From positions 62,868,001-62,932,000 of the forward strand of contig OZ076416.1 of assembly GCA_964187785.1 (NCBI GenBank): a DNA stretch of 64,000 nucleotides, in the 5' to 3' direction. Origin of the DNA: Amphiscolops sp. MND2022 (Eukaryota). Within the stretch, counting starts at the first letter, position 1; every line of letters begins with the position of its first letter. The notes beneath the pieces are model-generated. The model saw only the letters and a list, made by a program, of their open reading frames with translations. It was not told the origin of the DNA and ran no database searches. Positions 58,839-64,000 of the stretch are shown here, piece by piece. A program made the position numbers and the translations under genes.

Positions 58839-60137
58839 TCAAAGTTCGTCACGAGGCATGCACTCAACGACTGCAGCAACAGGAAGATCTAATTCTTCAT
58901 CAGACGTCAACCCCAGAAGAGCTGGCGCTTCAGAAGAAGTTAGATCCCCCTTTTTAAAGTTGGCCAGCGAGCGATTTTTCTTTCTTCGGGACTTCGCTAA
59001 CGGCTTCATTTCGGGAACGTGAAGGTGCGCTTCCAAATTGAAACCATAGTTAACGAAGGCCTCAAAGTGTTCCAGTACATCACTCCGAGAGAGGAAAGAT
59101 CTAACAGTCGTCTCAGCACGGGAAAGAGAAATTGCTGGATTCAGACTGACTTGAACTTGAAACTTACGCCAGGCTGCCAGTGCAAGCTTCCAGTCCCTGA
59201 CAGTCAGAAGCGACAACAACTTATCCTTTCCGTACCTCTTCAACCACTGTGAGATGTAGCCTCTTCCGCAACCCGTACTGAAATTGTTAAAAACAACAGT
59301 GGCTCGCCTAGTGTCGCGCAAATCCAGACCTTCCCAACCATGCACAAGTGCCCATCGAGTAGAGCCATCAGCAGCAAAAGCTCGACCCGTTAGAACACAA
59401 TGCGCATAACAAGCAGGCTGAATTAGCACGTCACCTTCTTCAGCTAAGTGAAACCGCAAACCACGAATGTTTCTCTTGTCCTGCTTATGCGTTTTCGAAC
59501 GTTTTGACTTTGCACCCATCAAGAGCTGATAAAAATGATCAAAGCTTTGAATGGACATAAGGAACTTAGAAGAGCTAATATTGGTAGCTATGATCCACAG
59601 CTTGCGGCCGGATGATAGCTTAGCAATACTTTCTCCTCCAGCAGGTTCGATGTGTCCACATGTCATCCAAGGCCCCTTCGCTGCTAAAAGAGCCTTGGAG
59701 CCAACTTTGATATAACCCGGAGCAAGACAATTAACAGCCGAGTCAGGCAACACAAAGGAGCACGTTCTGCTGCCTTCAAAACCCCGGTTGTCCCTTCCCT
59801 TGCTACGACTTGTAACAGTGGCTCCTGTTGACTGCAAAAAGTCCGAGAACGCACAAGCACCCTTATTCCAAAGTGATTTGACTCTGGGAGCCAAATCACA
59901 GAGACTGTCTGCTGCAACGCCCCGAACTACCGTGGTGACAGTTGGAAATTTAATCCCCCAGCTGAAAATGGAGACCACCAACAGCGGAAGAATTCCCCTC
60001 TGTCTCCACGCCAGTCCTCCACGCTGCTCCACTTCAGCAAACACCTTCTCAACGCGACTTTCGTCTGGGACTGTTGGAGGCACTTCCTCGCCGTCACTAA
60101 CCTCCGCACCCGCGTCCACCATCTCTTCTAGATTCAT
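58839..60137 (-). CDS. JmjC-domain Fe(II)/2OG dioxygenase-like protein (432 aa), antisense cargo of BEL-2
   Basis: Motif T159-x2-H162-x-E164...G-x-K179-x-W...G-D-V-L-I-Q-P-x3-H246-x-V-L; acidic N-terminus; basic KSRRKKNR near the C-terminus; ATG 52 bp from the 3' LTR; AATAAA on the minus strand at 58808-58813. Confidence 0.82.
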   Translation of the reverse strand: MNLEEMVDAGAEVSDGEEVPPTVPDESRVEKVFAEVEQRGGLAWRQRGILPLLVVSIFSWGIKFPTVTTVVRGVAADSLCDLAPRVKSLWNKGACAFSDFLQSTGATVTSRSKGRDNRGFEGSRTCSFVLPDSAVNCLAPGYIKVGSKALLAAKGPWMTCGHIEPAGGESIAKLSSGRKLWIIATNISSSKFLMSIQSFDHFYQLLMGAKSKRSKTHKQDKRNIRGLRFHLAEEGDVLIQPACYAHCVLTGRAFAADGSTRWALVHGWEGLDLRDTRRATVVFNNFSTGCGRGYISQWLKRYGKDKLLSLLTVRDWKLALAAWRKFQVQVSLNPAISLSRAETTVRSFLSRSDVLEHFEAFVNYGFNLEAHLHVPEMKPLAKSRRKKNRSLANFKKGDLTSSEAPALLGLTSDEELDLPVAAVVECMPRDEL

Positions 60138-60176
60138 TGCAAAATCTGAAATTATTAAAGAATCTACCGATCCTTC

Positions 60177-60189
60177 AAGGCGGGCGGTA
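60177..60189 (+). promoter_or_regulatory. Polypurine-tract-like motif of BEL-2
   Basis: AAGGCGGGCGGTA abuts the 3' LTR; nearly the same motif precedes the BEL-1 3' LTR. Confidence 0.8.
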
Positions 60190-60518
60190 TGTTGAAGTAC
60201 AACTAAATCAAGCAGATGAAATCAAAAAGTGAAAATCTCTAAACATTCAAATCTCAAGCTATTCATGCTAATTAACACTCACATGCAAATTTGTATACGT
60301 CATTGTTAACTTAATTTGTTCATACTTTGTTCTCATTTCCCACAGTTTCTGTCATTTTTAGTAAAAATCAGTCGAGTTAAAACTTTAACTTGCTCTCCCA
60401 CTTTTCATTCAACAAATTAGATTGATTCTAATTTAAAACATTCACCAAATTAGATTGATTCTAATTTACAACTCGCAACAAATTAGATTGATTCTAATTT
60501 ACAACTCACGGAACAACA
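60190..60518 (+). repeat. BEL-2 3' LTR
   Basis: Copy of 51886-52214, followed by TSD GCTAC. Confidence 0.97.
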
Positions 60519-60910
60519 GCTACGTTGTGGTATATATTGAATAGAATCGGGCTAGTTGCACATCCCTCCCTGAGGCCTCGTTTGGATGTCCAGGGTGCGC
60601 TCACTTGCTTTTTGCCTCTCACTCTGTGAAAGGTGGTTTCATGGAGACCTCGTAGTATTCTCAAACTTCTCTCCGAAACCGAGCCTCTCCAGGATGTACC
60701 ATATTAGTGGGCGGTTTTCACGTGGGTAAGCCTTCACAGTAAGGTGGCTGTTGGGTGATTGGGGGAGCATTCTTCTGGTTACACTCGCCCAAGTCTTATC
60801 AGCCCCTCGTTGATTCTTATGACGATCTGTGTTGCATCAGCTGTAGATCTTCCTCGCCTGAATCCACACTGAGAGTCGTCGATTATGTTCTCTGTCTCGG
60901 TCCACTTCCG
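60519..60910 (-). pseudogene. LINE reverse transcriptase remnant (target of the BEL-2 insertion)
   Basis: Minus-strand translation: IIDDSQCGFRRGRSTADA...KAYPR...RGLREGCATSPILFNIYHNVA, with frameshifts. Confidence 0.82.
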
Positions 60911-60919
60911 GATTCTTGT

Positions 60920-61700
60920 TGTCATTACACTTGCGATAAACAAGTGTTATGGGAAAGTGCGGGTTTTTTCCGCGCGACAACTCTCTCGTTTCAGACCGCA
61001 AGTCACATAGTTTGAATTTGTGGCCGTGCAAGTCGCAACTTCTACTGGCACTTGGCATAGAGGTTAATTAGGATTTTTTTCATGTCACCAAAGACTCCTC
61101 CCTTCATTTTTCTGATATTTTGCAACAGAACGTATGTTAAAAAAATCTCAAAGTGCCCCTTTTACAGTTTTCGGCATTGTGAGATTTTTCAAATCGAATA
61201 ATTTTTGTCTTAAAATTAGGTTTTCTCAGGCCCAGCACGCTATATCCGATTTTTGGTTTTTTAGAGACCGGTGTTTTTTTCTATCCGACTTTTTTTTCTA
61301 ATTTGTTTTCATCGAAGCCCCAATTTTTACTAGAAACGAAACGTTTTGCGAGCATAAAGCACTGCTCAAGGTTTTCGGCACTTTGCGACTTGCCGGAGAC
61401 CTTCATCAAAAATTTTTTTTTCAAAAAATTCCGAAAATTTTTTTCCTCAATTTTCTGTTTTTTTAAAGGTTTACGGTTGAGAAAGATGGGTTTTCTGTTG
61501 TTTCCACTTGGAGAATTATTGTTTTCGAGATTTATGGGTATCCCTTCGGGATTTTTTGGCGCTGTAAAATTGATGAAATTTTAACAATAATGTCCTTTTA
61601 CCCTTGGCTCTCCGTATGATATTGCTTATTTGGGTTTCTTCAAAAGTTCGCAACTTTCTTCGCAAGCGTTTGCGAAGCACGGCTTCGCCTCTGTGTTACT
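60920..61700 (+). repeat. Dispersed repeat family copy related to 36620-37560
   Basis: Direct comparison of shared blocks; this copy lacks the tRNA-Glu-like segment. Confidence 0.8.
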
Positions 61701-62387
61701 CTGGCGAGGATTCTGGTGATTGCAGACAGCATTCATACTCCTCGGTAATTGTTCAAGTTTTTTCCTGTGTCCCTTCTTGAAAATTGGAAGCACAAAGCCG
61801 CTCTTCGCCAATTCGTCCAAGCTGTCGGTACTTGTTTCTGACATCTTATTATATACAAATTAATAAAGAACAAAGTTAAAAATTGTAGCCTAATTGCAGT
61901 TTCAATTGTGGACAGAAATATTAAAGCACAATTGTGTTTACAGATCAAACAAACTCATCGGGCCTCAGAACTTCTTTCTTCAAAACGTTCTGGCCTCAAA
62001 TTACTCTCGCTTCGGGCATCAATTACTACCCTTTCCATGATATGCTTTGGGGTTTGTGCGGAAGAAAATTAACAAAATAATTGAAAATTCCGGTCTTGGA
62101 TTGAAACGCGACTATACGTGTACCTTCTGAGTCAAGATATGAGAAAGTTGTGTAAGCTGAATACTGTCTTCTGAATGTTAGTAAGTTTATACGTATAGTG
62201 AATAGGTGAGCAATGAAATACAAAGGATCAACTGTTGACAGGTACTAAAGTGTCATCACAGCTATTTTCAGAACGAGAGAGTGTGTGATTGAATGATTGA
62301 CATCATATCACAATACTAGTGACCTTTTCAATCCACACACATGTAGGGGGTGAGGGTTGTGTTGTTCAGTGGTTGTGTCGGTTGCAG

Positions 62388-62502
62388 GTGCAGCTCGATG
62401 ACAAGGAGGTGATGGGCATGAGCACGGAGCAGCTGACGCACTCGTGGCACTCGCAGATGCAGTACGTAGACCTGCTCGAGAAGGTGGCTGCCTGCTCTTC
62501 CA
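62388..62502 (+). CDS. WTAP: Coding exon of a WTAP/fl(2)d-like gene (m6A writer complex subunit), N-terminal region
   Basis: TTGCAG| acceptor and |GTGAGT donor; 115 nt encoding VQLDDKEVMGMSTEQLTHSWHSQMQYVDLLEKVAACSS. This aligns without gaps to recalled human WTAP VRLSETDFKVMARDELILRWKQYEAYVQALEGK (V, L, M, L, W, YV and LE conserved). Confidence 0.72.
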
Positions 62503-62709
62503 GTGAGTACCACTACCACTACTGCTAGCCTTCCCTTTTCTCTACTCTCACCACCACATTACCACTTATGTACATTGTATATACCTTTACCACGTATAAG
62601 GGGGAGGAAAATCATAATCTGTGTTGCGTTTTTTCCAAATTCTGCCAAATCTCCACGATCTCCATCCACTACTTTGACTTTTTTTATAGTTACTAGTAGC
62701 TAAAGTAGG

Positions 62710-62794
62710 CAAGTAGTTTTGGCAGTAGTAACTAAAATAATCAAGTAGTTTTGGCAGTAGTAACTAAAATAATCAAGTAGTTTTGGCAGCAGTA
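62710..62794 (+). repeat. 32-bp tandem repeat x2.6 flanked by a ~37-bp direct repeat (62643 and 62800)
   Basis: CAAGTAGTTTTGGCAG at 62710, 62742 and 62774; TGCCAAATCTCCACGATCTCCATC on both sides. Confidence 0.9.
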
Positions 62795-63407
62795 AATTGT
62801 GCCAAATCTCCACGATCTCCATCTACTACTTGACTGTTTTAGTTACTTGACTATTTCAGTTACTATCAATAAGTAGGTTGTGGGTTCGAATCTCACCTCC
62901 GCCTGATTTTTTTGACAAGGCGGAAAATTCCCGGTGTTTAGCGGGCGTCTTGTATTGTACACCTGTCATCAAGTCACCATTCTCTATTCTAATCCAAATT
63001 CCATGCTAAGCGTCTGAAACATCAGCGAATACTACCCGAGTTGCAACTACATAATTGAGGCATTTATTGGGAGAACAAGATTAAAGAAAAAGACTGATCG
63101 CAAAATGTGTATTTCATCATAACCAGTTTTGGAGAATCAACATGCTTTTCAAGACTTTGGACTTTGTTTTTTTTTGTGAAACAACTTTTGAAGTTCATTT
63201 TTCGTTCCAGTCTTTTTGCTTCCAAATCTGTTATCAAGATTTTTTAAATAATTTTCCACAGAATTTCGTTTTGACGCTATACCCACCAAGCGTTACCGAC
63301 CTAGTGAACGTCCTCAGTGCTTTTCAAACTCACTATTGTGAATGTTCTGCCGCGACCGGCGACTGGTTGTTTGCGAATAGCGATTGTTTGTTGTTTGATT
63401 GTTCCAG

Positions 63408-63466
63408 ATGACGAAGAAGTTCAGACGCATCTGCAGTCAGTTGATAAAGAGATCCAACAATTGAAG
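63408..63466 (+). CDS. WTAP: Probable next coding exon of the WTAP-like gene
   Basis: TTCCAG| acceptor and |GTTAAG donor; 59 nt; phase 1 matches the previous exon, giving (N)DEEVQTHLQSVDKEIQQLK, a coiled-coil-like stretch as expected at this position in WTAP. Confidence 0.55.
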
Positions 63467-64000
63467 GTTAAGAACCAAACTTATATTTTTGTATCAGCAT
63501 AAGCAGTGCGCTTGGGGGTTGATTAATAGCAGCCAGTAATGATGGCTTAATCTTCATCTTACTACCGTAGTCTAGTACCAAAAAGTACCTAACCCTAACC
63601 CAAGTTTCCATGTACAGTTTTGAGCTTTTACGTTCAAGATTCGTTGCCAAAATGAATTCTTTACCACAATACAATGACAACGTCGAAACTTTGTTCAATC
63701 AAAAGTTATTCCTTTTTGTTGACTTCGAGTCTGCTAATACAAGGCAATGTTTTAAGGCAGTCAAAAGATCAAACATTCAATAATTAATGTATTAAGATTA
63801 GGGATCCAAAAGTGGTTCTACAGTAGTACCGAAGCTTCGATGATGATTGCATGTATTAAGATCAGGTATCCAAAAGTGGCTCTAAACCCCCCTTCTCTTA
63901 CGACTATTGGTCAATTTTGTTCAGTGTCTATTGCCACAGTAGTTAATCTTTTCTGAAGGCTTCCGTCAGTGATGACCATTTGTTTGGACAATTTATAAAA

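Larger units (their letters stand above)
51886..60518 (+). mobile_element. Young full-length BEL/Pao LTR retrotransposon (BEL-2, 8633 bp) with antisense JmjC cargo
   Basis: 329-bp LTRs (TG...CA) identical by eye; 5-bp TSD GCTAC (51881-51885 and 60519-60523); PBS-like TGGTACCG; PPT AAGGCGGGCGGTA; intact pol. Confidence 0.98.

Noticed and set aside
58839-60137. env-like gene interpretation of the extra BEL-2 ORF
   Set aside because: It is antisense to gag-pol, shows no signal peptide, furin site or C-terminal transmembrane pattern, and has a JmjC-type metal motif.

Overview
Eukaryotic (animal-like), AT-rich, almost entirely transposon-derived window of nested and mostly decayed elements. In order: an unassigned coding-like stretch (~1-4.6 kb); a Ty3/Gypsy remnant; an I/Jockey-like LINE with a ~430-bp fold-back duplication; a tandem Ty1/Copia array (LTR-internal-LTR-partial internal) with a tRNA-Ser-like sequence after each LTR; a decayed BEL/Pao element with ~980-bp LTRs and an extra leader ORF; a minus-strand Gypsy; MITEs, Helentron-like repeats and MULE, hAT and LINE remnants; a 2.35-kb hAT element with a perfect 8-bp TSD; and a 25-unit, 142-bp minisatellite carried inside a hAT-like non-autonomous element. 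The standout is a very young BEL/Pao LTR retrotransposon (51886-60518; LTRs identical by eye; GCTAC TSD; intact 1520-aa pol ORF). It carries an intact 432-aa antisense ORF next to its 3' LTR with a complete JmjC Fe(II)/2-oxoglutarate dioxygenase signature, so it may encode its own chromatin or RNA-processing modifier. The only recognisable host gene is two spliced exons of a WTAP/fl(2)d-like gene at the right end. All assignments come from manual translation and recalled motifs; no database search was run.
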